Below, piece after piece: positions 52,545-64,000 of a DNA stretch of 64,000 nucleotides. The notes beneath the pieces were generated by a model. It was given only the letters and a program-made list of their open reading frames with translations, was not told the DNA's origin and ran no database searches. Each line of letters starts with the position of its first letter. The first letter of the stretch is position 1. This DNA is from an uncultured Gemmatimonadales bacterium (GTDB taxonomy: Bacteria > Gemmatimonadota > Gemmatimonadetes > Gemmatimonadales > GWC2-71-9): positions 7,357 through 71,356 of the forward strand of contig CAVSLY010000024.1 of assembly GCA_963728705.1 (NCBI GenBank). The letters are read 5' to 3'. Position numbers and translations under genes: made by a program.

Positions 52545-53449
52545 CTGCTCCGCGGGACCCGGACGCGATCCTGGCTGCCTGGCTCGAGGAGGGCCCCGTT
52601 GCCCTCCCCGAGGCCACCAAGCGATCGATCGCCGTGACCACCCGAACCACCCATCGATCGCGGCGTTCGACATGGATGCCGTGGAGGTTTCCGACCGTGA
52701 ATGCAACGATCCGACTCGTCCTCGCGGGGGCCGCTGTGCTAGCCCTGGCCATCGCGGGGGTGTACGTTCTGAACCCCGGGCCGGACGGCCCGAGCGTCGG
52801 GGGTCCACCTTCGGCCTCCGTCGCTCCGTCGCCGAGTCCCGAGACGCCAGCATCGCCGTCGGCATCGCTCGTGACCGGGGGACCGCTCGACACGGCGGAC
52901 TGGATCGAATACTCGTCGGCGCGCTACGACTTGACCATCAGCCACCCGGCCGATTGGACCGTGCGCCCCGCGACCCGCGACTGGACGCTCGAGGTGGACG
53001 CTGCCGATTGGTTGAGCGTCGCACAGGAATCCATCATCGACCCGCCCCAGAAGGTCCGCGTGAGTGCCTGGTCCGTCGCGACGGACGCCGACGCGGCGCT
53101 CGACGCGGATGGGGTGATCGATGTCGAGGCTTGGGTCGAGGCGTACTGCCAGAAGTCGCGGAACACGCCGTGCGTAGGCATCGCCGACCGGGCCGTGTCG
53201 CTGTGCCTGGAGTGGCGGGACTGCCATCCCGGCCTGCTCGTGGAGTTCAACGACGACGTCCAGGCCTTCTTCACCAACGGTAGCCCAGGATCGCCGATGG
53301 TCGTGGTCGCCGTCTGGTGGGGCGACGCCGCGCCAGCCGTGGCGCCGTATGGGGGTTCCCGACGGCTCCTGGAAGCGTTCCTCTCGACGATGTGCGTATG
53401 GCCCGAAGATGCGAGGCCGCCGATCGACGTCGCCGCCGCTGCTTGCTGA
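52541..53449 (+). CDS. Putative anti-sigma factor (single TM, extracytoplasmic domain)
   Basis: ATGA-coupled to the ECF sigma; short N-terminal domain, TM, Pro/Ser linker, ISHPADW. Confidence 0.65.
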   Translation: MTAPRDPDAILAAWLEEGPVALPEATKRSIAVTTRTTHRSRRSTWMPWRFPTVNATIRLVLAGAAVLALAIAGVYVLNPGPDGPSVGGPPSASVAPSPSPETPASPSASLVTGGPLDTADWIEYSSARYDLTISHPADWTVRPATRDWTLEVDAADWLSVAQESIIDPPQKVRVSAWSVATDADAALDADGVIDVEAWVEAYCQKSRNTPCVGIADRAVSLCLEWRDCHPGLLVEFNDDVQAFFTNGSPGSPMVVVAVWWGDAAPAVAPYGGSRRLLEAFLSTMCVWPEDARPPIDVAAAAC

Positions 53450-53466
53450 CGACCGATCCCGACTCG

Positions 53467-54696
53467 TCAGTCGGGGAATGCCTCCGGACCCCGTTCCGCG
53501 AGGTCGCGGGCCGACTCGGCCGCGGCCTCGCCCTCGGGCGGCAGCCACGAATACGGGTACCGGGCGTCGTCCAGGTCCATCGCGGCCTGGGTCACGTGGA
53601 GCGGGTGGAACGTGTCGACCATGACCGCCAGCTCCTCGGTCGCCTCCTTGCCGATCGACGCCTCGACCGTGCCCGGGTGCGGGCCGTGCGGGATCCCCGC
53701 CGGGTGGAGCGTGAACGAGGCGATCTCCACGCCTCGCCGGCTCATGAAGTTGCCGGCGACGTAGTAGATGACCTCGTCGCTGTTGATGTTCGAGTGGTTG
53801 TACGGCGCCGGGATCGCCAGCGGGTGGTAGTCGAACTTGCGCGGCACGAACGAGCAGACGACGAAATTCCGGGCCTGGAACGTCTGGTGGACCGGCGGCG
53901 GCTGGTGGACCCGCCCGGTGATCGGCTGGAAGTCGCCGATGTTGAACCGGAACGGCCACAGGTAGCCGTCCCAGCCCACCACATCGAACGGGTGATGCGT
54001 GTAGTGGTAGGCCGTGATCCGGTCGGTCGAGCGGACGTGGATGACGAAGTCGCCGTCCTCGGACCGGGGTGGGACCTCGTCCGGGGCGTGGAGGTCGCGC
54101 TGCGAGTACGGGCTGTGCTCGAGCAGCTGGCCGTAGTCGTTCCGATACCGCTTCGGCGGCTCGATCTCCGACGGCGCCTCGAGATAGAGGATGCGCTGCG
54201 CGGATCCAGCGTCCGGCTCCAGCCGCCAGGTGGTGCCGATCGGCAGCACGAGGTAGTCACCCGGGCCGTACGCGAGCGGACCGAAGACCGTGTCGCACAC
54301 GCCCGTCCCCTCGTGGACGAACAGCATCTCGTCGGCGACGCCGTTGCGGTAGAAGGTGCCCGCCGGCATGGCCTCGGCCGGGCGCACGATGCCGAACACG
54401 ACATCGCTGTTGAAGTACAACGGGGTGCGGCCGGTCACGATGTCCCCGTGCGGCTCGACCGCGCCGGTCTTGGTCAGCCGATGCCGGTGCAGGTCGTCGT
54501 CGGCCGCTTCGAGGCGGATCCTGCTGACCGGCTCGATCTTGTGGGTCCGTGTCGGCGGCGTGAGGTGGTACAGCAACGAGCTGCGTCCGGTGAAGCCCTC
54601 GACGCCGAACAGCTCCTCGGCATACAGGGAGCCGTCGGCCGCCCGATGCTGGGTGTGGCGCTGGCGCGGCACGCTGCCGCGGCTGACGTAGTACAT
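53467..54696 (-). CDS. hmgA: Homogentisate 1,2-dioxygenase
   Basis: HPFDVVGWDG, HQPPPVHQTF, PYNHSNINSDE, PHGPHPG, ELAVMVDTF. Confidence 0.93.
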   Translation of the reverse strand: MYYVSRGSVPRQRHTQHRAADGSLYAEELFGVEGFTGRSSLLYHLTPPTRTHKIEPVSRIRLEAADDDLHRHRLTKTGAVEPHGDIVTGRTPLYFNSDVVFGIVRPAEAMPAGTFYRNGVADEMLFVHEGTGVCDTVFGPLAYGPGDYLVLPIGTTWRLEPDAGSAQRILYLEAPSEIEPPKRYRNDYGQLLEHSPYSQRDLHAPDEVPPRSEDGDFVIHVRSTDRITAYHYTHHPFDVVGWDGYLWPFRFNIGDFQPITGRVHQPPPVHQTFQARNFVVCSFVPRKFDYHPLAIPAPYNHSNINSDEVIYYVAGNFMSRRGVEIASFTLHPAGIPHGPHPGTVEASIGKEATEELAVMVDTFHPLHVTQAAMDLDDARYPYSWLPPEGEAAAESARDLAERGPEAFPD

Positions 54697-54775
54697 CGAG
54701 CGATCGGCCTCCTCGGGCGTCGAAGTCGTCAGTCTATCGAACGGTCCGGGGCCGGATCGCGTGAGGGGCCTTCGC

Positions 54776-54892
54776 CTAGTCCGTCCTGGGCTCGCGGTGC
54801 TCGAGCAGGACCACATCCCGCCAGCGCCCCGCGGGATCCCGACCCAGCGCCCGAAGGACCCCGACCTGGCGGAATGGGGCCAACGAGGCGGC
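54776..54892 (-). pseudogene. C-terminal fragment of a YncA/phosphinothricin-type GNAT, cut at a junction
   Basis: ...ASLA.FRQVGVLRALGRDPAGRWRDVVLLEHREPRTD*; no upstream part present. Confidence 0.6.
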
Positions 54893-54899
54893 CCAATAT

Positions 54900-55316
54900 G
54901 TGGATTGGAAGAAGCTGCACCTCATCGGCCTCGTTTTCTCGGTCGGCGGCGCTTTCTTCGGTTACGTGGCTGGCGGGTGGGTGGCTGCGCGGATCGGCGG
55001 CCGGGTCCGGTCCGAGCCGGCCATCCTGCACGGCGCCATCGTCTGGCTGGTCACGATCCCGATGCTGCTCATCCTCGGCGCCGTTGGCGGCGCAGGCCAC
55101 GTGAGCGGCTGGTACGGCGGCCTCTCGACCATCGCCGCGGGCGCTACGCCGCTGTCCGACACGGACATGGCCACCGCCGTCCGCAACAACGCGCTGGCAA
55201 CGGCCGTGGCACTCCTGATCGGCCTGATCGGCGCCGTACTGGGCGGCTGGATGGCGTCCGGCGAGCCGATGACCTTCACCCACCACCGCACGCGCGATCG
55301 CGGCGCGGCGGCCTGA
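54900..55316 (+). CDS. Hypothetical membrane protein, probably 5'-truncated
   Basis: GGWVAARIGG...HGAIVW...GAVLGGW; starts abruptly without an SD. Confidence 0.65.
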   Translation: MDWKKLHLIGLVFSVGGAFFGYVAGGWVAARIGGRVRSEPAILHGAIVWLVTIPMLLILGAVGGAGHVSGWYGGLSTIAAGATPLSDTDMATAVRNNALATAVALLIGLIGAVLGGWMASGEPMTFTHHRTRDRGAAA

Positions 55317-55346
55317 CCGACCTCTTCCCTCCGGAAAGGGCTACCA

Positions 55347-55427
55347 GTGGCGCTCATTCTACTGTGGCTGCTCGGCGTACCGGGCGTGATCATCCTGCTG
55401 CTGTTCCTGATCGGGGTCGGTCACTAG
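55347..55427 (+). CDS. 26-aa membrane microprotein with LWLLGVP motif
   Basis: SD gaaaggg, GTG start, MALILLWLLGVPGVIILLLFLIGVGH*, followed by a terminator. Confidence 0.7.
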   Translation: MALILLWLLGVPGVIILLLFLIGVGH

Positions 55428-55461
55428 CCTGAGGTGTCAACAGTCTGCGATTCGCAAAGAG

Positions 55462-55487
55462 GAGGCCCGGCGGGATCGCCGGGCCTC
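55462..55487. terminator. Rho-independent terminator-like hairpin
   Basis: gaggcccggcg-ggat-cgccgggcctc. Confidence 0.65.
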
Positions 55488-55655
55488 TTCGCTGACGAGG
55501 TCAATCTTGATCCGTCCCGGCCCGCGACCCCGACCTTGGTCAGGGGTCCGCTCCCACCATCGTGGGATGGCCCCCTCCGGTACCCTCAGCGATCTTATCC
55601 CCCGCACAATTACGATGAGCCCCGGCAGGACCAGCAGCGAGGGAGGTTCGCGGTC

Positions 55656-57584
55656 ATGTGCGGTATCGTAGCCATCTACAGCCCAAACGGTCGCGTCTCA
55701 CCGGAGACACTCGCGCGAGCGACCGCCCGCTTGCACCATCGAGGCCCCGACGCCCAACGGCAGTGGATCGCACCGCACGGCCGCGTGGGGCTCGGCCACG
55801 CTCGGCTCAGCATCATCGACCTGGTCACGGGCGATCAGCCGATCGCGAGCGAGGACGGCGGCAGCAGCTCATCGTCAACGGCGAGCTGTACGACTACCAG
55901 CGCATCCGCCGTGATCTGCGGCAAGCGGGACACCAGTTCCGTACCCAGTCGGACAGCGAGATCGCGCTCCACCTCTACGAGGACCTGGGGCCGCAGTGTC
56001 TGCACAGGCTGCGCGGCGAGTACGCGCTGGTGCTCTGGGACGAAGCACGGCAGCGGCTCTTCGCCGCCCGGGACCGGTTCGGGATCAAGCCGCTATTCTT
56101 CGCCGAGCACGAGGGCACGCTGTACTTCGCCTCCGAGGTCAAGGCGCTGTTCGAGGCCGGGGTGCCGGCGCGGTGGAGCCGCGAGGGGCTGTTCGACACC
56201 GTCGTCATGGGCGCGCGGCCCGCGGCCACGCTGTACGAGGGTGTGTCGCAGGTCCCGCCCGGCCACTACCTGCTGGCGGGAACCAACGGCGTGCAGATCT
56301 GTCCCTACTGGGACTTCGACTACCCCGAGTGGACCGGACCGGGAACGACGCGGAGTGACGACGCCTGGACCGAGGAGTTCCGGGGGGTGCTGGACGAGGC
56401 CGTGCGGCTCCGGCTCCGTGCGGACGTGCCGGTGGGGTGCTACCTGAGCGGCGGCCTCGACTCGTGCGCCGTGCTCGGCCTGGCGGCCCGCCACGTCTCG
56501 ACGCCGGTCCGGGCGTTCACCCTGGCCTTCGACCAGGCGGCGTACGACGAGGCGCCGATCGCCCGGGAGATGGCCGAGCTCGCGAACGCGGAGTTCTGCC
56601 CGATTCCCATTCGCCAGGCCGACCTGGCGGAGCACTTCGCCGATGCCGCGTGGCACGCCGAGACGCTCGTTCATCAACGCGCACGGGGTGGCCAAGTACG
56701 TCCTGAGCGGAGCCGTGCGCGACGCGGGCTATAAGGTGGTGCTCACCGGCGAGGGCTCGGACGAGATCCTGGCCGGCTACCCGCACTTCCGGCGCGATAT
56801 GCTGCTGTACGACAGCAACGGCCAGAACGCCGCCGCCATCCAGGCGCTGCTGGGTCAGCTCGAGCAGGGCAACGCGGTGTCGCGCGGACTGCTGCTGCCG
56901 GACGGCGAGTCGGCGCCGCTCGACGGGCTCCGGCAGACGCTGGGGTTCGCGCCGAGCTGGATGGAGGCGGCGGGTGGCAGGCTGTTCAAGATGCAGGGCC
57001 TGTGGTCGGACGAGTTCCGAGCGGACCTCGGCGATCGGCAGGCCTTCGCCGGGCTGCTCGGCGACCTCGACGTGCCCGGACGTCTGCTCGGTCGGGCGCC
57101 GGTGAGCCAGGCGCTCTATCTCTGGGCCAAGACCGTCCTGCCCGGCTACATCCTGACCGTGCTCGGCGACCGGATGGAGATGGCGCACTCGGTGGAGGGC
57201 CGGGTGCCGTTCCTGGATCACGAGGTGGTCGAGCTGATCTGCCGGATGCCGGTGAAGATGAAGATCCGGGGGATGACGGAGAAGTACGTGCTCAGGAAGG
57301 CGGCGCGGCCGGTGCTGACGGACACGGTCTACCGGCGGCAGAAGCATCCGTTCCTGAGCCCGCCGGCGACGCTCAACCCGAACGACCGGCTGCACGAGAT
57401 GGTGCACGACACGTTGCGGGGCTCGGGGTTGGATCGGATGCCGTTCGTGGACCGGCGGAAGGTGGGGCGGATGCTGGACAGGCTCGTGACGCTCGACGCC
57501 GGGGAGCAGGTGTCGATGGATCAGATTCTGATGATTCTGCTCAGCGGGTGCGTGCTGGGGGAGCGGTTCGGGCTGACGGCGTAG
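55656..57584 (+). CDS. asnB: Asparagine synthase (glutamine-hydrolysing), frameshifted
   Basis: MCGI, HRGPD, GHARLSIID, NGELY, RDRFGIKPL, LSGGLDS, TGEGSDE, EGRVPFLD. Confidence 0.92.
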
Positions 57585-57671
57585 GTGTCCGCCTGAGTAG
57601 GCCGGCATCGCTGTAGACTGAGCTCACGGAGAACAGCTGGGGTGAACGGCACACGCACATCGTCCTTGCCG

Positions 57672-57713
57672 TTCACCGGGAGTCTCCGTCGTTCTCCGTG
57701 TCTCCGTGGTGAA
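57672..57713. repeat. Short REP-like element with three tctccgt units
   Basis: ttcaccgggag-tctccgt-cgt-tctccgt-g-tctccgt-ggtgaa with terminal ttcacc/ggtgaa; inverse unit acggaga at ~57626. Confidence 0.5.
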
Positions 57714-57832
57714 AGGTCCTCGCCCCAGATCCCACCTGACCGCGAGTCCGACGCGCCCGGAACCTTTCCGCCCCCGGCAGCATTCTAGCTCCCGACCAAG
57801 CCACAACACCGGATCCAGGCGCTGGAGGCAGC

Positions 57833-60518
<2,686 letters not shown>

Positions 60519-62502
60519 ATGAACGAGCGCGCCGAGTGGCTCGAAGCCGACGGGCTGGGCGGCTTCGCCTCCGGCACCGCCGCGGGCCTCCGTACCCGCC
60601 GCTATCACGCGTTGCTCCTGGCCGCACGCACGCCGCCAACCGACCGGATGGTCCTGGTGAACGGGTTGGACGCGTGGGTGGAGAGCGGTGAGGCATCAGG
60701 AACGATCCGCGAACCGGAGTACCTGACCCGGCAGCGCTATGCGCCCGACGTCCTCGCGCCGGAGCACCCCGCCGCCGTCGAGTCGTTCCGGCACGAGCCG
60801 TGGCCCACGTGGACCTACCGCCTGCGCGACGGCAGCCGGATCGAACAGGAGATCTTCGTTCCCCGGGGACTGCCGCTCGTGGCCATTCGCTGGCGCCTGG
60901 TCGGCGGCCCCGTCCCGACGACGCTGTCGGTGCGCCCGTTCCTCTCGGGCCGGGACTATCACGCCCTCCACCACGCCAACGCGGCGTTCCGCTTCGAGCA
61001 CGTCGCGGCGGGAGAACGGCTGTGGTGGACGCCCTACGAGGGCGTGCCGCAGATCGGCGCCCTGCACAATGGCGAGTACCGGGCGGCACCCGAGTGGTAC
61101 CGGCACTTCCTCTATACCGAGGAGCGCGACCGCGGCCTCGATTGCGAGGAGGATCTGGCCAGCCCGGGCGTGCTGACGTGGCGCCTCGACCGGGGCGACG
61201 CCGTCCTTATCTTCGCCGTCGCGGATGTGCTGCCGCGGCGGGGCACCGCAGTGGAGACCTTCGCCCAGTTTGTCCGGGACGAGGCGGCCCGCCGGCGCCG
61301 TCTGGGCCACCCGCTGAAGCGGGCGGCCGATGCCTACATCGTGCGACGGGGGACGGGCATGACGATCGTCGCCGGCTATCCGTGGTTCACGGACTGGGGA
61401 CGCGACACGTTCATCGCCATGCGCGGGCTCACCATCGCCACCGGGCGGCTGCTGGAATCGCGGTCCATCCTGCGGCAGTGGGCCGGCGCCGTCTCCGAGG
61501 GGATGCTGCCCAACCGCTTCCCGGACCACGGGGACGCGCCGGAGTTCAACTCGGTGGACGCGTCGCTCTGGTACATCGTCGCCGTGCACGACTACCTGCA
61601 GGCCTTGAAGGCAGCGGGCGCGCACGCTCGTGCCCGAGGACTACCGCGCGTTCGCGAACGCGGTGTGCGGCATCATCACGGGCTACATGCGGGGAACCCG
61701 GTACGGCATCCGGCTCGACCGAGACGGCCTCCTCGCCGCGGGCGAGCCGGGCGCGCAGCTCACCTGGATGGACGCCAAGGTAGGCGACTGGGTGGTGACG
61801 CCGCGCATCGGCAAGCCGGTGGAGATCCAGGCGCTCTGGCTCAACGCGCTCCGCATCGCCGAAACGTTCACGCTCGAGTATCGGCCGACCCTGCAGCTGG
61901 GCCTGCGGTCGTTCCATGCGCGCTTCTGGAACGCCGCCGAGGGGCACCTGCACGACGTGGTGGATCCCGATCACCAGCAGGGCACGGCCGATCCGACGCT
62001 CCGGCCCAACCAGGTGCTCGCCGTCGGCGGGCTGCCCTATACCATCGCCGATGCCTCCATTGCCCGACGCATCGTGGACACAATGGAGGCGCGGCTCTGG
62101 ACGCCGCTCGGCCTCCGGACGCTCGCCCGAGAGGACCCGCGATACGTTCCGCGCTACGAGGGGGACGTGCGCTCGCGCGACGGCGCCTACCACCAGGGCA
62201 CGGTGTGGCCCTGGCTGCTCGGCCCGTTCGTCGAGGCGTGGGTGCGGGTGCGGGGAGACCGTGCCGCCACGCGGCGAGAGGCCCGGCGGCGCTTCCTCGA
62301 GCCCGTGCTCCGGCACCTCGGGGAGGCCGGCCTCGGACATCTGCCGGAGATCGCCGATGCGGAATCGCCGCACACGCCGCGCGGCTGTCCATTCCAGGCG
62401 TGGTCGGTGGGCGAGGCGCTGCGGCTCGACCTTCAGGTACTCGCCGCCCCGCCGTCGATGCGCGCACGCCGCACCAGCGGACCGCATGCCGCGCGCCGCT
62501 GA
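60519..62502 (+). CDS. Glycogen debranching enzyme (amylo-alpha-1,6-glucosidase), frameshift near 61625
   Basis: EWLEADGLGGFASGT, RRYHALL, AGYPWFTDWGRDT, LTWMDAK, YHQGTVWPW, GCPFQAWS. Confidence 0.92.
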
Positions 62503-63352
62503 GCGCCGCCCCGCGCTCTGGCGGCGGCACTGGCCGGAGTACGCCATGGAAGCGGCCCTGCTCGGCGGCTTCATGGTGTCGGCGTGCCTGTTCTCCGTGG
62601 TCCTCTTCCATCCCGGCTGGCCGGCGGCGCGCCTGCTGCCCGACCCGCTCGCCCGCCGAGCGCTCATGGGCCTCGCGATGGGCGCCACCGCGATCGCCCT
62701 CACCTACTCGGCCTGGGGCAAACAGTCGGGCGCGCACTTCAATCCCGCGGTCACGCTGACGTTCACCCGCCTGGGCAAGGTCATGCCCTGGGATGCCGCG
62801 GCCTACATCGCCGCCCAGTTCGCCGGTGCGGTGCTCGGCGTCCTCGTGGCCAGCGTGCTCGTGCGCGACATGCTGGGAGATGCGCCGGTGCACTTCGCCG
62901 TCACCCGGCCCGGCATGGGCGGCGCGGTCACAGCCTTCGTGGCCGAGGCCGTGATCTCCTGTGTCCTCATGACCGTCGTGCTGATCGCGTCCAACCACGC
63001 GAAGGCCGCCCGGTTCACCGGCGTGTTCGCGGGCCTGCTGGTGGCCACGTTCATCACCATCGAGGCGCCGCTCTCGGGCATGAGCATGAACCCGGCGCGG
63101 ACCGTGGGCTCCGGCTTCTGGGCGCACGACTGGACGGCGGTCTGGGTCTACTTCACCGCGCCGCCGCTGGGCATGCTGCTGGCGGCCGAGCTCTACCTGC
63201 GCCGCTACGGCAGCGATCGAATCTTCTGCGCCAAGCTGCATCATCAGAACGGGAAGCGCTGCATCTTCTGCGAGACCCGCGCCGGGAACCTTTCGCCGGA
63301 CGCCCGCATTACATCCCGCGACACGGATCCACTTCCCACTCGACTTCGTTGA
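62486..63352 (+). CDS. Aquaporin (MIP family) with Cys/His-rich tail
   Basis: SGAHFNPAVT, SMNPART; tail CAKLHHQNGKRCIFC. Confidence 0.9.
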   Translation: MPRAAERRPALWRRHWPEYAMEAALLGGFMVSACLFSVVLFHPGWPAARLLPDPLARRALMGLAMGATAIALTYSAWGKQSGAHFNPAVTLTFTRLGKVMPWDAAAYIAAQFAGAVLGVLVASVLVRDMLGDAPVHFAVTRPGMGGAVTAFVAEAVISCVLMTVVLIASNHAKAARFTGVFAGLLVATFITIEAPLSGMSMNPARTVGSGFWAHDWTAVWVYFTAPPLGMLLAAELYLRRYGSDRIFCAKLHHQNGKRCIFCETRAGNLSPDARITSRDTDPLPTRLR

Positions 63353-63364
63353 AGGAGCAGACGG

Positions 63365-63877
63365 ATGAAGCGTCAGACCTGGGTTCTCGGCCTCGCAGTG
63401 CTGGGCGGCATCGGCTGGTATGCCTTCCGCCCCGAGCTGCTGTTCGTCCGCACGCACGTCGACGAGGCCATGCCCGTCGCCGGCAGCGCGGCCCCCCTGT
63501 CGCAGTCGACTGCCGGCGCGAGCGCGGCGGCCGCACCCGTGCTGAGCGGACAGTTTCATTCGGTGGCCCACGAGACCCGGGGCCGAGCAACGGTTCACCG
63601 CCTGGCGGACGGCCGCCTGATCCTCCGCCTGGACGACTTCACGACCTCCAATGGGCCCGACGTGCGGGTGTACCTGGTCGCCGCCGCCGATGCGGCCGAC
63701 AACGCGACCGTGACGCGTGCCGGCTTCGTCGAGCTCGGCAAGCTCAAGGGCACCGACGGCGGCCAGAACTACGACGTGCCTTCCGACCTGGACCTCGGCA
63801 AGTACCGGGCGGTGACGATCTGGTGCAAGCGTTTCAGCGTCAACTTCGCGACCGCTCCACTCACACCCAATTCCTAG
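63365..63877 (+). CDS. DM13 domain-containing protein
   Basis: NGPDVRVYLV, LGKLKG..G.QNY, IWCKRFSVNF. Confidence 0.9.
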   Translation: MKRQTWVLGLAVLGGIGWYAFRPELLFVRTHVDEAMPVAGSAAPLSQSTAGASAAAAPVLSGQFHSVAHETRGRATVHRLADGRLILRLDDFTTSNGPDVRVYLVAAADAADNATVTRAGFVELGKLKGTDGGQNYDVPSDLDLGKYRAVTIWCKRFSVNFATAPLTPNS

Positions 63878-63890
63878 CCCGGAGTCGTCC

Positions 63891-64000
63891 ATGTCGTTCG
63901 CACGCAGCGCGGCCCTGGTGTCCGCCGGCATTGCCCTGGCGGGAAGCGCGTCGGCCCAGGACGCCGCCAGGTTCACCATCCGGGTGCAGAACATCTCGCA
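63891..64000 (+). CDS. Secreted protein, possibly spondin-domain; 3'-partial
   Basis: Signal peptide MSFARSAALVSAGIALAGSASAQ then RFTIRVQNIS. Confidence 0.5.
   Translation, partial: MSFARSAALVSAGIALAGSASAQDAARFTIRVQNIS

Noticed and set aside
55656-57584. asnB as a lasso-peptide cyclase or RiPP amidotransferase
   Set aside because: It has a complete MCGI glutaminase domain, and no B1/B2 proteins or lasso-type precursor lie nearby

Overview
High-GC bacterial DNA with many single-base frameshifts in clearly intact housekeeping genes, as expected of an uncorrected long-read assembly. It looks chimeric, with three segments. (A) 1-~2245: an Acidobacteria-like VWA-domain protein and a sigma-54 (NifA-type GAF) activator that is cut mid-gene. 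(B) ~2245-~54895: a Chloroflexota/Actinobacteria-like segment with ilvBNC (plus a leader-peptide attenuator), leuCD, ilvD, fabD-fabF-fabF, copA, ogt, a 2-oxoacid:ferredoxin oxidoreductase, hmgA, an ECF sigma/anti-sigma pair and many cyclic-nucleotide signalling genes. (C) ~54900-64000: asnB, GH63/glycogen-debranching enzyme, aquaporin, DM13 and a spondin-like secreted protein. Taxonomic labels are inferred from gene content only. The best candidate for an undescribed system is on the minus strand at 8951-12557: a membrane-sensor GAF-GGDEF-EAL gene, a DUF5317-type membrane protein with signal peptidase II (LspA)-like aspartate motifs, a c-di-GMP-I riboswitch, and a 31-aa signal-peptide-like precursor ending GAGMRWEWW. 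Together they suggest a peptide signalling loop coupled to c-di-GMP. A second candidate at 32988-40830 combines an adenylate cyclase-STAND-TPR protein, Crp, a GAF protein, a cytoplasmic S8 protease, a DDVEGH-repeat peptide and an MFS-cNMP exporter. No rRNA, tRNA, CRISPR array or transposase was seen.
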